A stretch of 64,000 nucleotides of DNA from Sphyrna mokarran (lineage: Eukaryota), in NCBI GenBank assembly GCA_024679065.1, contig JAGIQG010000008.1:52266001-52330000 (forward strand). Reading direction: 5' to 3'. Positions 14,601-28,234 of the stretch are shown one piece after another (the first letter of the stretch is position 1; each line of letters begins with the position of its first letter). A program made the position numbers and the translations under genes. The notes under the pieces were generated by a model. The model did no database searches. It saw only the letters and a list, made by a program, of their open reading frames with translations, and was not told where the DNA came from.

Positions 14601-15373
14601 TAAAACAGCTTCAGATTCCAGATTTAGGAAAGTAGTACACTTCCTTGCAATGGAGGCACGAGGAGGAATTTTTTCAAGCAGCAAACGCTTATGATCTGGA
14701 ATGGACAGCGTGGTGGAATTGGATTATTATTTGAAAAGCAATGATGTGTCAGGCCACCATGAGAAGATGGGGAATGGTCTCCTTTAGCTTTCCAGAGTCG
14801 AGATGTATGGTTATAATAAATCACATGTCCATGTTCCATCCTGCACAGATATGTAGAAAGACTGAACCCCTGGCAAACAAATGCTTGGACAGAAATGTAA
14901 ATTGAAATAGAACATCACCCAGAAACTGGTCTCATTTGTTTACCAACTCCAGAAGCTAGAGATTGGGTTTAGAAACATGATCCTCTGAGTCAAAATGCAT
15001 TGTTAATACCAGGTAGGATTTTTTTAAATGTAAAATATCATATAAAAGGCTCAGATTTGTTAAGGGATTAAATAAACCACGAAGGCGATAAACCATCTTT
15101 CAACCTACATACATTTGTGTTTGATTAAAAACTTTGGTTTTGCAAATCTCTTAATTTTTAAGATATGACTATTTATTAGGATGTAATTTGGCAAGTTCTT
15201 TCCCAGTTCTCCAAGCTCTTTGCAAGATTATCCATCACCCATGCGTGTACCTACCTTGTTCTGAAGCTTCCACCAATCTAAAATCCTATCTTAACTCCAC
15301 AGGAGAGAATCCCAACTTGCAAGCTCTAAGCACCTTGCCAATACCCAGCCCCTCTCAAGGCTGATGAGGTCAG

Positions 15374-15429
15374 TTTACTATCAAATAAATCGGTTGGATT
15401 TAAAACTGATGTTGTCAGACTTCGTACTC
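15374..15429 (+). mobile_element. Tiny fragment of the same Penelope-like family
   Basis: tttactatcaaataaatcggttggatttaaaactgatgttgtcagacttcgtact, flanked by aggtcag at 15367-15373 and 15430-15436. Confidence 0.6.
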
Positions 15430-15924
15430 AGGTCAGCTACAATCCAGGCCTTCATGTCAAAACTGCTTAAGCAGCAGAAAGTAGCCTGAGATATGCGCTT
15501 AGTCATGAATAAGCTGTACAGCTGGCGTACCTCTGACAAATTGCAGGGTGGAAGCATTTAAACATTAATGAATCTGTATCATTTGTCATCAGACTTGACT
15601 CCAAATGTCACAAAACATATCAATGAGTTCTTTGGCCTAAGTATCTTAGAATTACAATGGTTCCAGGGATGTTTAATTATGTTAAAGACACGGTATTGTC
15701 TTTGCGTTGATTATGTTAAAGACACGGTATTGCCATTGTTTTCAGCCTTGTATTCTGCTGTTGTGACAATGTAGTTTATCATCCTGTTGGCTCTTGTTGC
15801 CTTTGATGTTTTTAATATTTCAATCACAGTGATGTTGCATATTGAAAGCATTTCAATAGGAAATCAAGGCAAATCCTAAACAAACAGCTTGACTAAGCTT
15901 CCCCATGCTTAGTAGAAAGGGCTA

Positions 15925-17225
15925 AAGGCACTGGATACTGTAAAGACCATGGACCCTGACAATATTCCAGCAGTTAGACTGATTCGCCGTGTTAAATTGA
16001 CCCTTAATGTCAGGGGAACTAGTAGGATAAAGTAGGAACTAGGGGGTTACAGAGATAGCGACTGGCTGGGATTGTTATCAATGCAGGTTCAATAGGCTGA
16101 ATGGCCTCCTCCTGTACTGTAAGGATTCAGATATTCTAGAGATGAGGTGAGATTGACATCGAGGCAGCATTTGGCCAAGTATAGCATCAAGGAGCCCTAG
16201 CAAAATAGGAGTCAGTGAAAATCAGGGGAAAATTCTCCACTAGTTGGAGTCATGTGGCACAAAGGAAGATTGTTGTCTTAGTTGCAGGTCAATCAGCTCA
16301 GTTCTAGGAAATCACTGCAGGTGCTCCTCAGGGTAGTGTCCAAGGCCCAACTATCTTCAGCTGCTACATTAATGACCTTCCTTCCATCATAAGATCAGAA
16401 GTGGGGATGTTCGCTGATAGCTGCACACATTAGCAATTCCTCAGATACTGAAGCAATATCTAATGTTGAAATGCAGCAAGACTTGGGCAACATCCAGACT
16501 GGAGCTGAGAGGTGCAAGTAACATTCATGCCACACAAGTATATGACAAAAACCATCTCCAAAAGCAGAGAATCTAACCATCATCCCATGACATTCAATGG
16601 CATTATTATCATTGAATTTCCTTCCCAATCAATATCCTGGGGGCTACCATTGATCAGAAACTGAACTGGACTAGCCATAGAAATACTATAATTACCAGAG
16701 CAGGTCAGAAACTAGGAATCCTGCAGCTATTAACTCACCTGAGTCCTCAAAGTATGTCCACCATCTACAAGGCACAAATCAGCAGTGTGATGGAATATTC
16801 TCTCCTTGCCTGGATGAATACAGGTCTAATAACATTCGAAGAGCTAACACTATCCAGGACAAAGCAGCCTGCTTGATTGGTTCATTAAATCCCTTCACCA
16901 CTGACGAACAGTGGCAGGCATGTATATTATCTACAAGATGCACTGCAGCAACTCACCAAGGTTCCTTAGGCAGCACCTACTAAACCCATAACCACTATGA
17001 TCTAGAAAGACAAGGATAGTTGATGCCTGGGAACACCACACCTGGAGGGTACCATCCAAGTCACTCTCAGTTCTGATTTAGAAACATATCACTCTTCCTT
17101 CATTGTCCTCCCTAACAGTGCTGAAGGTATACCTACACCCCAGGAATCGAAGCACTTCAAGAAGGCAACTTACCACCACCTTCTCAAAGGTAACTTGGGA
17201 AGGGCAATAATTGCTGGCTTAGCCA
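15925..17225 (+). mobile_element. CR1/L2-clade LINE, second family (HE1 SINE piece inserted at about 15975-16135)
   Basis: cctcagggtagtgtccaaggcccaactatcttcagctgc and ttcgctgat (FAD). Same 3' tail as 11616-12665. Confidence 0.8.
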
Positions 17226-17229
17226 GTAA

Positions 17230-17640
17230 TAAGAACATAATAGGAGCCGGAGTAGGCCATCCAGCCCCTCAAGCCTGCCCCACCATTCAATAAGCTCATG
17301 GCTGAACTGCAATGGTTCAGTACACGTTCCCGTTTTCTCCCCATAACCCTTAATTCCCTTGTCAATCAAAAACCTGTCCATTCTTGACTTAAATATATTC
17401 AGCAAGGAAGCCTTCACCACTTCAACAGGCAGAGGAATTCCAAAGATTCGCCACCCTTTGTGTGAAGAAATTCCTCCTCAACTCTGATCTGAACTACCTG
17501 CCCCCTAATTTTGAAGTTGTGCCCTCTTGTCCTGCTATCCCCTCTTATCCCCTTCATTATCTTATATGTCTCTATAAGATCCCCTCTCAGCCTTCTAAAC
17601 TCCAATGAGTATAAACATAGCCTATTTAGTCTCTCCTCAT
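17230..17640 (-). mobile_element. CR1 LINE 3' fragment nested in another LINE tail
   Basis: EFRRLRGDLIETYKIMKG and a cataagaac-type tail. Confidence 0.9.
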
Positions 17641-17829
17641 GTAATACCTACATCCAGTAACTAAGTAAAAAAGGACAACATCTGTGCTGAGTATTTCCAA
17701 TGTTTTCTGTTTATATTTCAGGTTAGAAAAGAGGGAGAGTTAACTCTTCACATCAAAATAACCTTTCATCAGAACTTTCAGCCCTAACTAAGGTGATTTT
17801 GTTTCATTGACATTCAATTTGAAGGACTT

Positions 17830-18183
17830 TGGAGGCAGTGGTGTTGTAGTAATGTCATTAGACAGAGATCAGGTAATGCTGTCGGGAACCAGGTTCAAAT
17901 CTAGATAGTAAAATTTGAAAACAAGAAGAGCTAGAATTAAAAATCTAATGATGATAATGAAACCATTGTCAATTGTCATAAAAGTCCATCTCGTTCACTA
18001 ATGTCCTTTAAGGAAGGAAATCTGCTGTTCTTACCTGCTCTGGTACAGCCTACATGATTCCAGGCCCATAGCAATGTGGTTGACTCTCAACGTTCCTCTG
18101 ATGTGGCCGAAAAAACCACTCAGTTCAAGGGCAATAAGGGATGAGTAACAAGTGCTGGCCTATCCAGCGACGCCCACATCCCA
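17830..18183 (+). mobile_element. tRNA-derived SINE sharing its tail with the second-family LINE
   Basis: ggaggcagtggtgttgtagtaatgtca A-box region, ggttcaaatc B box, tail aagggcaataagggatg..tgctggcc. Head fragments also at about 8345-8425 and 48535-48635. Confidence 0.7.
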
Positions 18184-20259
18184 TCATTGTTGAGGAAGAG
18201 ACAATTATGTTCCACATTTATTCTAAATCAATTGGTATTCATTATGTCTTATTTTCCATTGGTTATTTAAATCAAAACCATGCTTTGATGGCACTGGCTT
18301 CATCACCTTTCAAAGTCAAGGGGATAAGTGATATGCTGAGGAAGCCAATTACATTATATTTTATACAAATTGATCTCTCCGCACTGCCAAGCAGTCCAGA
18401 GATTGGATATGCAGAGGTACTTTCCAGTTTAGAGACAACGAGGGCTTTTCAAAGTAGCTCTGGAAATAAGTGTGAAAAAAGGTTTCCTAAGCAACAGTTG
18501 TGAATTTCTTCTCCCCTTCCACTTACAGTGACATATTGTACACATTCAAGGTGTAAACTGAGTGCTGGAAACAGCCCTCACACATCCGTTTTATAAGTAT
18601 CAGTCATTATTGAGAATGGTACCATTCTTGCCCAAGTCAAATGATTTGGCATGAAAGTCTCATTTGCAGAATTTGAGCACATAATCCAGGTGAGCACTTG
18701 AATGCAAAGCTGAGAGAGTTATTGCTGCACTGTCAGAGGTGTCAGGTTTCTGGTGAAACATTAAACTCAAGTCCAACTGCCCTCTGAAGTGGACATAAAT
18801 TATTCCCTGGTGCCGTTCCGGAAAAGAAGCCTGGAGCTCTCCCATATATCCCTCAATGTTTCTTTTCTTTTACAGAATGAGGGTGTAGCTGGCTACGCCA
18901 GCATTTATTGCCCATCCCTAATTGCCCTCAAGAAGGTGGTGTTGAGCTGCAGTCCCTGAAGTGTAGGTACATGTAAAAAATGATAGGTATGTAGTTAATT
19001 TGCTCAGCTAAGTGGATCTCATTCAAACTCTACAGCTCAAGTTCTTGATTGTGCCAAATCCATTCATCAATCACTCCTGTGTTCACTGACCTACACTGGT
19101 TCATCGTCCAGCAATGCCTCAATTTTAAATTTCTCACCCTTGTTTTTAAGCTGCTGTATGGGGCTGGATTGGGCTGACACCATAACTCTCAGACCAATCT
19201 GTACTGCTGTAATTCTGGCCTGTTGAGCATCCCTGAGTTTAATCATCTGGTGGCCATGCCCTCAGCTGTCTAGGACTTAAACTCTGGAACTCCCTCCACT
19301 TCTTTACCTTGCTTTGAAATTAGCTTTTTTGCCCTTCTTTTTCTCTCTCTTTGACCAAGTCTTTGTCTATCTTGATTCAGTGTCAAATTTTGCTTTATAA
19401 CATTCTTGAGAAACACTTTGGCACATAGTACATTAAAAGTGCAAAATAAATAAATGTTGTATTTCATTGCTGTTTGCAGGACCTTGCTGTGCACTAATTG
19501 GCTGCCACATTTCCCACAATTCAATAAAATACTTAACTGTCTGTAAAGCAGCTAGGGCTGGCCTGGGGTCATCATGGAGCCAGGAACTGATCATTTATAG
19601 TACAGAAGGAGGCCATTTGGCCCATCGGCTCACGCCAGATTTCCAACTTCAGCCTAACCCAGCTAAGGGCTCTCTTCTCTCAGTGTTCTAACTCAGTCTC
19701 AACATGAAACAAAAGTGACTTAGAGGTCGATGTAAATTGCCACAATATGATCGTCTCAAAATGACTGATACATCATGAGGAACTTTACATTGCTACAGAA
19801 TTAAGTACATGGATGTACTGGGCAAGAAATGACCGAGATCCATCAAGTTCACTTTCTACAATCCTAGCTGTTGCTTGATGTGCTAATAATGAATTGTTGA
19901 CAATTCACGGCAATCTGTCTCTATCAATTAATCTCCGATAGATGTGCCATGTTTCCTCACATTATAACAATGACTACATTTCCAGAGAACTTTGTGTGCG
20001 CTTAGGGCCATCCTGAAAGAGGTCACTTAAATGCAAGTTCTCGCTTTCTTTCCTAATGCAGATGGACACCATTTTATACCGGGGGAAAAAAAATGCTTGG
20101 ATATGCCAGTGTGTGTCAAGGATTTTACTTCCACAAGGTTAACAGCAGTCAAGTACATGTGTGATGTCAGAGAGGAAGCTTCAATAATTAGACATGCAAT
20201 TGAGTTCATACCAATTTTGATGAATTAAACAGCTCAACTTGCTGGTTCAGCACATTGCA

Positions 20260-23200
20260 TGGCTTCTCTTCTGGTGTTTAATCATAAGATATTGTATGTG
20301 CATAAATTTAAATACAAAAAGCTTGTATGTCTACCAGCGTACAATTTTGAGAAACAGGAAATGAAAAGCAATTCAATCAAATGGTGGCTGATGGTGAGTC
20401 TTCATAACACACTTACCAAAGGATTTCGGTTATGAAGTTATTCATTCAAATCGGCATATGATTCGGAATAAACCAACAACTGAACAGTTAAGCTGTTCAA
20501 GATACATTGTATATTTATCAGCTTAAATGCAAACACTTTGCAAATTAATGAAATGCAATAAACACAACTTTGTCACAAAATGGAGGACTGCACCAATGTA
20601 CCAACTTCAAAGCAGTTCATACAGAATGCCCTGTATAATCTCCAGCCTCTTTTGGATCTGGCAGGATTATCAATAAATGTTAATGAATTACAAATGCTGC
20701 CAGACTTGCTGAGTTTTTCCAGCATTTTTGATTCTTGTTTCAGATTCCAGCATCCGTCATATTGAGACGGGGTCCAGATTTTGCAAGAGTAAGTAGTGCC
20801 TAGAGTCTAGAGATTGAACAGGAGGATAGGATCCAATGGTTAGACATAATCAACATAAGAATGTAAATAGGAGTAGGAGTAGGCCATATAGTCCTTTGAT
20901 TTTGCATTATTCAATTGAATCCTGGCTGAATTTCTGCATCAACTTCACATTCCCACCCTATCCCATATTCCTTCACTTTCGTCACTCTAAAAGCCTTTCA
21001 ACTCAAAGGATTCAGCACAAACTTTGTCACATATTACCGTGCATCACACTTCCAGTTGATGGACAGAAAGTCAAGTTCCTGTAAAATTCCTGGGATGCGC
21101 GATGGTACGAAACGTCCTTGTGTTTTTCTTGTACAGTAGCTTTCACCTGAGGTGAGACCAAATATTCCAGTCCTGTTCCCAGAGACCCATCAGAAAATAC
21201 TCAATGTCCCAAGCTTTGTGACGCTTCTCATTTCAATTTTGTATAACCTCTGCATTTATAATGAATAGGCTCAGTGTACGTATAATGCATATAATGCACG
21301 CCAACACTTCATTATCTTCTACACATATAGCAATAATGGCATATATTATAGCTTTAATACTTATTATTCATAAATAAATTATATATTTAATGTAAAAATA
21401 GAGATACTTAAACATGTTTGCAATAGAACTGCAGTTTAGATGGCAAGGTTCACAGATAACATTTAGATTAAATGAAAAATCTAAACCTTGCATGACCCAA
21501 CAATAGTCATTTATTTGCCAGTGTGATTAACACTTTCAGCGCTGCCACTTTGATTTTATCACCGTGTTAAGATTTTGCATTATGCTTTTGTTCAATCTGA
21601 CTTCTGAAAGACTGGCGTGGTTTTGAAGCTTTCTACCTTCAAATTCGTCAGGGGACGAAAGTCGAAAGGTTGCAGATTTACTATCAAATAAATCGGTTGG
21701 ATTTAAAATTGGCGTTGCCAGATTCTTACTGAGTTTACCCCAGTCCAACGCCGGCATCTCTACATCGTGGTTTTGAAGGCCAGAGCAAGGAGTCTGTGGT
21801 GCGAATTGGGCAGGTGGAGGATCGGTGTGGGAACAGCTTGCTGGTGGGCTGGTTGAGAGCTGATGAGAAATGGCAGGAATGTGAAGGAATCAGCAGAGAT
21901 GAGATGATCCACCTCTTGGGAATGATTTCTGCAGTATCACAGTGCCATGACAGAGATTTGCCAGCATGTCCAATGACAATAGGTACGAGCCAGATTTAAA
22001 AGCGCTACTTTTTAAAAAGGCTACAGAGGAAGGATTCTAAGACCATGGAAATGACAACATCATTTTCATATTGCCATTGCTTTGCAGATGTGGAAACAAA
22101 TCCTCGTTAAATAGGGGATATTTCTAATGCTATCTATGGGAGCCCATTAGCATTGATCTTAACCACTCTGTTAAAGCAAAACAATTCTGGCAATTTTTTT
22201 CACTCCCTTCTTGAAGCTGTTGACCATCTGCCAGTTCTACTGGGGTACTCTAAGAACTCTGTCCAATGTACATTTATTCATAGTGGAGGCAATGGTGAAC
22301 TTAGCCCTTCAAGTTTCAAAGACCAACCCTACCAGATGCTAGCAAAGTTCAACAGAGGACATTCAGGACCGCAGGTGGCTGTTCCTTTCCATTTTGTGCA
22401 GAGCTACTGTAGATCCAGATACTGACCTTCAAAAAGAAATAATTCTTTTTCCTCTTTAATTTCAAGTACCTCGAGGGAAATTTACCCATTAGTAAGAATG
22501 CTGCCAATTCTGTCTTTAAAACAGTAATTCATATTTCTTTGTACATGTTTTATTACAGAGAACTCAACATGATGAGTTAACGTATGAGGAATCAGTATGA
22601 GAACTGAGATCAATAACAGTGGATCATCAGGACTACTGTCCATTCGTCGCAAGACAGGCAAATCAGAAAGGCTCTTCAGCTTCTCACTGCTCATTCATCT
22701 GGAGAGATCAATGACTCCACAACCTTCTTTATCAGTGTCCTATCTGGAAGAGTAACACTTCCTTGCTCCTGCCATCAAACTCAAATTGGTGTACCCTTGT
22801 TTCAGGCATGTGAACTGAAGTTGGTTCTAAACTTACACTGTCGTTTTTCCTAGTCACCAAAGACCCTTGAGCTCGGGTGATCACAGTTCACCCCATGGGT
22901 AAGATTTTAACAGAGTCTGGACAGAAAGCAGACCCTGGCAGTCTCACAACTTTCACTCATGTTGCTCTTAAACCGGAACATGCTCCTTTTGGCTTCCATG
23001 AACTTGTTGTCTGCCTCATCCTTCGATGACGAGTCTTACTCCAAATATCTCCACTGTGTTGGCTTGTCCAGAAAAGAAACAATTGTGATTATCGGAGGAT
23101 AAGCACCCACATGCTGAACACGGTCATTTGTACTAATTGATTTGTAAAGAATGTTGTGCTTGACTCATTTTGATATATCTGCAAAGGGCCTGCAAGGATA

Positions 23201-23697
23201 TAGAGCAGAAAGTCACACACTCTTATCAATCAATTTGATTTGATACTGACTGAAGCAAAGAGACACATTGTGGAATTCTTTACTGCAACTAGTTTCTGAG
23301 TATTTGGTAAATAATTTATTTTTTGGTAAACAGGGGAATGGATTAATTAAGTTCTGTCAGAGCTTGCCTTGTTCAAGCCAAGAGAATCACTGCAGATGGG
23401 TTAAGATGGGTGGTAGGGGTTGCAGTTATTTGGCAACACCAAATAAATGAAGGAAGGAATTCACTAAATGAACCCAAGAGGCTGAAGAAGTTGCAATACC
23501 CAATTGCAACGCAAATATTTGAGTTTAGGTGAATCGCAACAACTTCCTGTAAAATTATGTTCATGATCAACATATCCTGGTTTCCTTCACAGTAGAAAAG
23601 TTCTTTTGTCACTCTGGACATCCAGGACTCTATGGGAACCAATGTATTTTCCCCTCTTGCCCTGTCACATGGAAGTGGAGAGCAAGCCATTCTTTTG
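20260..23697 (-). other. TMTC1: Putative TMTC1 3' UTR (end uncertain)
   Basis: Repeat-poor, AT-rich sequence directly after the stop. Candidate poly(A) signals on the minus strand: AATAAA at 21510-21515 and ATTAAA at 20277-20282, the latter preceded by TTTTTGTATTTAAA. The end point is inferred. Confidence 0.4.
21629..21765 (+). mobile_element. Short Penelope-like insertion
   Basis: 13-bp direct repeat cgtggttttgaag at 21616-21628 and 21766-21778. Same family terminus as 28235-28560. Degenerate hammerhead pieces in both orientations. Confidence 0.75.
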
Positions 23698-23859
23698 TCA
23701 CCTTGTGCTTGGTTCAAGAGGGTTCTGCTCATCTTTTCTTTCTCCTTGCAACTTCTTCTCCAGGCGGTCCAGTTTACCAAGGTTTTCTCGCAGAATCTTG
23801 CTATTTGGTACAAGCTCTAGGGCCTTCTCGTAATATTCACGTGCCGCTTTATAGTCACC
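23698..23859 (-). CDS. TMTC1: TMTC1 last coding exon including TGA stop
   Basis: ctcgcag|GGT GAC TAT. Encodes GDYKAAREYYEKALELVPNSKILRENLGKLDRLEKKLQGERKDEQNPLEPSTR*, matching the TMTC1 C-terminal TPR (ALxLVPxSKxLxENLxKLDRLEK). Confidence 0.95.
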   Translation of the reverse strand, partial: GDYKAAREYYEKALELVPNSKILRENLGKLDRLEKKLQGERKDEQNPLEPSTR

Positions 23860-24005
23860 CTGCGAGATTAGAACACCAAGATGGACATTAAATGAAGCCA
23901 CAGATTAGAAACCAAGAACACACACAAACAAACAAAAATTGTACTTGGACAGATAAACAGCAGATAGACCCGATGTAAACAAACAATATACATGGTGGGT
24001 AATAC

Positions 24006-24408
24006 CATAGAACCCCCATAGTGCAGAAAGCAGCCATCCAGCCCATCAAGTCTGCACCAACTTTCCAAAACAGCATTTTATCCAGGCCCACCCTCCGCCC
24101 TATCCCCATAATGCCGCACATTTCCTATGGCTATTCCATCAAATCTACACATCTTTGGACACTAAGAGGCAATTTAGCATGGCTATTCAACCTTACCTAT
24201 ACATCTTGGGACAGTAAGGGGCAATTTAGCATGGCCAATCCACCTAACCTGCACATCTTTGGACTGTGGGAGGAAACTGGAGCACTTGAAGGAAATACAT
24301 GCAGACAAGGGGAGAATGTGTAAATTCCAAACAAACAGTGATCTGTGGCCAGAATTGAACCAGAGTGGTTCTTGGTGTCCTGAGGCAGTAGTTCTAACCA
24401 CTGTACAA
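24006..24408 (-). mobile_element. HE1-like V-SINE with an internal tandem repeat
   Basis: Repeated acatctttggacactaagaggcaatttagcatggc unit, plus V domain and head. Confidence 0.88.
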
Positions 24409-24754
24409 CACAGCTTGACTTTCAACCTTGAACTTTGAACCAATATCACTAGTGTCATGTCCCAAATGTAAAGGCCTTGCACTCTTGCATGTTAACTTAC
24501 TGCAGACAGTAGCAGTTAGTTCAGCATCATTACTAAAATTTAACATCAGGTTAAGACGAAAACAAACATTGGTCAAAGTAGAAGATGATGCATACAGTAT
24601 CTGGTCAAGCTATACTCCATTTCCTTTCACTTCTAGGAAGATCCATAATTCATGTGCATAGTCACACACATGTGCAAGCACATACAACACATATATACAG
24701 ACCCACAAATATAGTAATCCATACAAAATGTAAATATGCAAACATACAAATTAG

Positions 24755-26040
24755 CCTCAAGAGTAGGCCATTCAGTCCTTCATGCCTGCTCTACCATTTA
24801 ATAAGATCATGGTTAGGCTGATTGTAACCTCAAACCTGCATTCCTGCCTGTTTCCAACAAACTTTCACGCCCTCGCTTATCAAGAATTTATTCACCTCTA
24901 TGCCAAAAATACTCAAAGACTCTGTTTTCTTTTGAGGAAGAGAGTTCCAAAGATACTCAACCCTCAGAAAAAAATTCTCCTCATCTCTTGTCTTAAATGG
25001 GCTGCCCTTTTTTTTTGAAAGCAGCTTGGTTCTACATTCTCCCATCATGAAACATCCTCTCCATATCCACCTGTCAAAATCCTTCAGGATTTTATATATT
25101 TCAATCAAGTCTCCTCTTACACATCTAAACTCCAGTGGATATAAGTCTAGTCTGTCCGACAGATCCTCACAAGACAACTTGCCCCATTCCAGGCATTAGT
25201 CTAGTGCCACTAACCTGAACTGTTTTCAGTACATTTACGTCCTTCCAATGCAGTACAGAGGACTGCAGATATGGTTTCACCAATGCCCTGTGTAAAATCT
25301 GAATTTGACATCTATTCACTAAGCCTTTAAAAACATAAGTAATTGGAGCAGGAATAGATCACACAGCCACCAGGTCTGTTCCGTAATTCAATACAATCAG
25401 GGCTGATCTTTGCCTCAGCTGCACTTACAAGCTCCCCATAAACCAAAGATCTGTCTATCCCAGCCATAAATGTATTTAGCGATGAAACACCCACAACCTT
25501 CTGGGGTAGAGAGTGCCAAAGAACTATAATCCTTTGAGTGGAAGCAATTGTCCCCATTTCAGTCCTAAATGATTGTCCCCTTACTCAGAGATGATATCCA
25601 GACTTTGCAGCCAGCAGAACCAAACTCTTAGAGTGCTTCAATGAGATGGCCTCTCATTCTTCTAAACTCCGAGGAAAATAGACTTAATTTACTCAGCCTC
25701 TCATAGGACAATCACCTCATTCTAGGCATCTATCAAGAGAACCTTTACTCTTACCACCTTCAATGCAAGTATATCCTTCCTTAAATATGGAGACAAAACT
25801 ACAAAGTATTCCAGATGTGATTGCACCAACGCGCTGGACAGTTAAAGCAAGACTTCTTTATTCTTGTAGTTAATCTGCTGACAAAAAAGGCCATTTGCCT
25901 TCCTAACTACTGTACTTGCAGATTAACTTCCTGAGTTCTTTCAACGAGTACATCCAAGGCCTTCATCATTTTAAAAAACATTGGCTTTTTTGTTCTTACA
26001 ACGTAAGTGAACAACCTTACGTTTCCCCATATTATAATTC
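24755..26040 (-). mobile_element. Two adjacent old CR1 3' fragments
   Basis: LYPLEFRCVRGDLIEIYKILK (24830-25177) and TQRIIVLWHSLPQKVV (25327-25557). Confidence 0.85.
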
Positions 26041-26161
26041 ACCTTGCTAGCAGAGACAAGGGAATAACTGATGAAAAACGTGCGGATTGTAAAGTGTTTG
26101 ATAAAACTTTTTCAGTTGTTTCAGTAACATTGCCAAGTTGAAGCATCCTTTTCCTACTGAC

Positions 26162-26239
26162 CTTTATGTGCCTGATGCCTCCCATGTTCATCCAAGCCTG
26201 GGACAGATCTGGACTCAATTCTACCGCCTGCTTATAGCT
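26162..26239 (-). CDS. TMTC1: TMTC1 penultimate coding exon
   Basis: acacag|AGC TAT...ATA AAG|gtcagt. Encodes SYKQAVELSPDLSQAWMNMGGIRHIK. 78 nt, phase 0 to 0. Confidence 0.95.
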
Positions 26240-26349
26240 CTGTGTGTTTGAAAACAGAAAAACATACAAAACACACATTTCAGAATCAGAGCAGAAATTC
26301 TGAATACAGAAAGATAAATCTGAGATCCCTTTCTGCCCACAGACATGCG

Positions 26350-26640
26350 GGATTTCCACAACCTGCCCCTACCTCACTACATCCCATCAACATCTACCCA
26401 AAATCTGCCAACCCACCCTCCAATGTTCATCATTGTCCTTCAAACTCCATCTAACTCTCCAATCTCTCAACCACTCTACCTCCCTCCACCCTCCCTCTTT
26501 CCCCATCATCTCCTTCATCAACCTTCATATTTACCATTTTCCAATTCTCCCCATCCTCCCTCCAACCTTCTCCCCAACTCCCTCTAACCTTCCCCCTAAC
26601 CCTCCTTTCTACCTGCCCCCTCCATCCAACTTCCTGTCCT
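26350..26640. repeat. C/T-rich low-complexity tract
   Basis: Degenerate CCT/CCA/CCCT runs; G-rich on the TMTC1 sense strand. Confidence 0.8.
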
Positions 26641-26994
26641 TTTGGCACCTTGCTCTTGGGCCTTGATTAAAAGATTTACATTTGGCAATGCTGACTTTCT
26701 TATTTTGTTACTAATCTTTCTTCCTTCTCTGCCAGCTCATGCTAAAGTTCTCCATCTGGTATCTCACCCAACTGCCCTTAGATAAATGCAGAAAGTGCTA
26801 ACCAATTGATTGGGGTATTACAATCGGACGTGGTCTGTTCCTCACCCAATACCTTAACAGGAGTAACTGGACAGCGATTCGAAGCATGAAGCGTTCTCTC
26901 TCTACTCGAGGATTCAGACTTGGTAACTGTCTCTAGTTTAATGGCCAATTCAGGGAAGGATTTTGTTGTATCATTGAGGAATTATCCTTCACTA

Positions 26995-27370
26995 AGTTGT
27001 TAGTCTTGACTGAATGGCTGGACTCTTATCTCCAACATCAGAGGAACAGCCATTTAAATCCCATTCTGAAATCTTCAGAATTATATCTAGGCTGGTACAC
27101 CAATCCAGTACTGATGCAATGCTGCAAAAGCAGGAGTACTGGATTTTGGATGTGGATGTAGAAAATCCAAGTACACAATTCATAGAAGAGCAGGGGAGTT
27201 CTCTCTGGTGGCCCAGCCAATATTTATCCTTCAAATAACGTCACACTATCTGGCTATTATTACGTTTGTGTTTCTGGGAGCTTGCTGTGCACAAATTGGC
27301 TGCCACATTTTCTATATTACAACACTTCAAAAAGTATTTCACTGGTTATGAAGCACTTTGGAGAATCTTG
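26995..27370 (+). mobile_element. Deu-domain SINE (SacSINE1/AmnSINE1-like)
   Basis: gaagagcaggggagttctc..ggtggcccagccaatatttatcc and cttgctgtgcacaaattggctgcc. Related decayed copies at about 18620-18856, 19445-19570, 37205-37494 (minus) and 62630-62960 (minus). Confidence 0.72.
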
Positions 27371-28234
27371 AAGGATCTGAATAATCCAAGTTTATTTTTT
27401 CAGAATAACTGCACAGTGTACTGTCAGTGCAGAGAGTTTCATTCCAGAGACTCTTTCATTGTGTCAGCCGAATCTGCAAAGAGGCAGAATGACCTTTCAG
27501 ATTCCGAGATGACTGATTTGATGCAGGCAACATACAGCTCAATCTCATTGACAAGTTAATGGACTTCAGTGAGGGTAATGTTAGAAGCACCAGCGATATA
27601 AAGAAAGCACCTTTCTTAACCACTGACATCTTACTGGCAATCGTACAGCCAATGACATACTTTTCAAGGGTAATCACAGATGCCATGTAGGAATAGCAAC
27701 CAATTTGCACACAGAATCTAACCATCTTTCCTTGATATTCATTGGCAAGTCCATCATGGAATCACCTACTGTGGGTTGTTACCACTGAGCAGAAACTAAT
27801 CTGGTCTGACCATTTCAATACTGTGGCTTCAAGAGCAGGTCAGATCTGGAATTCTGCAGCAAGTAACTCACTTTTTTATTCCCCAAAGCCTGTCACCATT
27901 CATAAAGCGCAAGTTAGGAGTGTGATGGAATACTCTCCCTTTGCCTGGATGAGTACAGTTCCATCAACATTCAAGAAGCTCAACACCATCCAGGACAAAG
28001 CAACCTGCTTAGCACCCCATCCTCCACCTTCAACATTCATTTCCACCATGAGTGATGTACATTAGCAGCTGTGTGCGCCAGCCTCAAGATGTACTGCAGC
28101 AACTCACCAAGGCTCCTTAGACAGCATCTTCCAAACCCACAACCATACCCGTCGAGAAGGGCAAGGGCAGCTGATGTGTGAGAACACCATGGTGTTCCAT
28201 AAGTCATTCAACATCCTGATTTGGAAATATATCA

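Noticed and set aside
15677-15733. Short tandem duplication ttatgttaaagacacggtattg
   Set aside because: An ordinary local slippage duplication with no further structure.
1-20000. Exons of a neighbouring protein-coding gene
   Set aside because: No ORF here resembles a cellular protein; the recognisable ORFs are LINE or SINE derived.
23373-23901. Overlapping ORFs around the last exon, including a 146-aa minus-strand ORF
   Set aside because: Only the frame spliced at 23859 matches TMTC1; the others are alternative-frame or antisense shadows.
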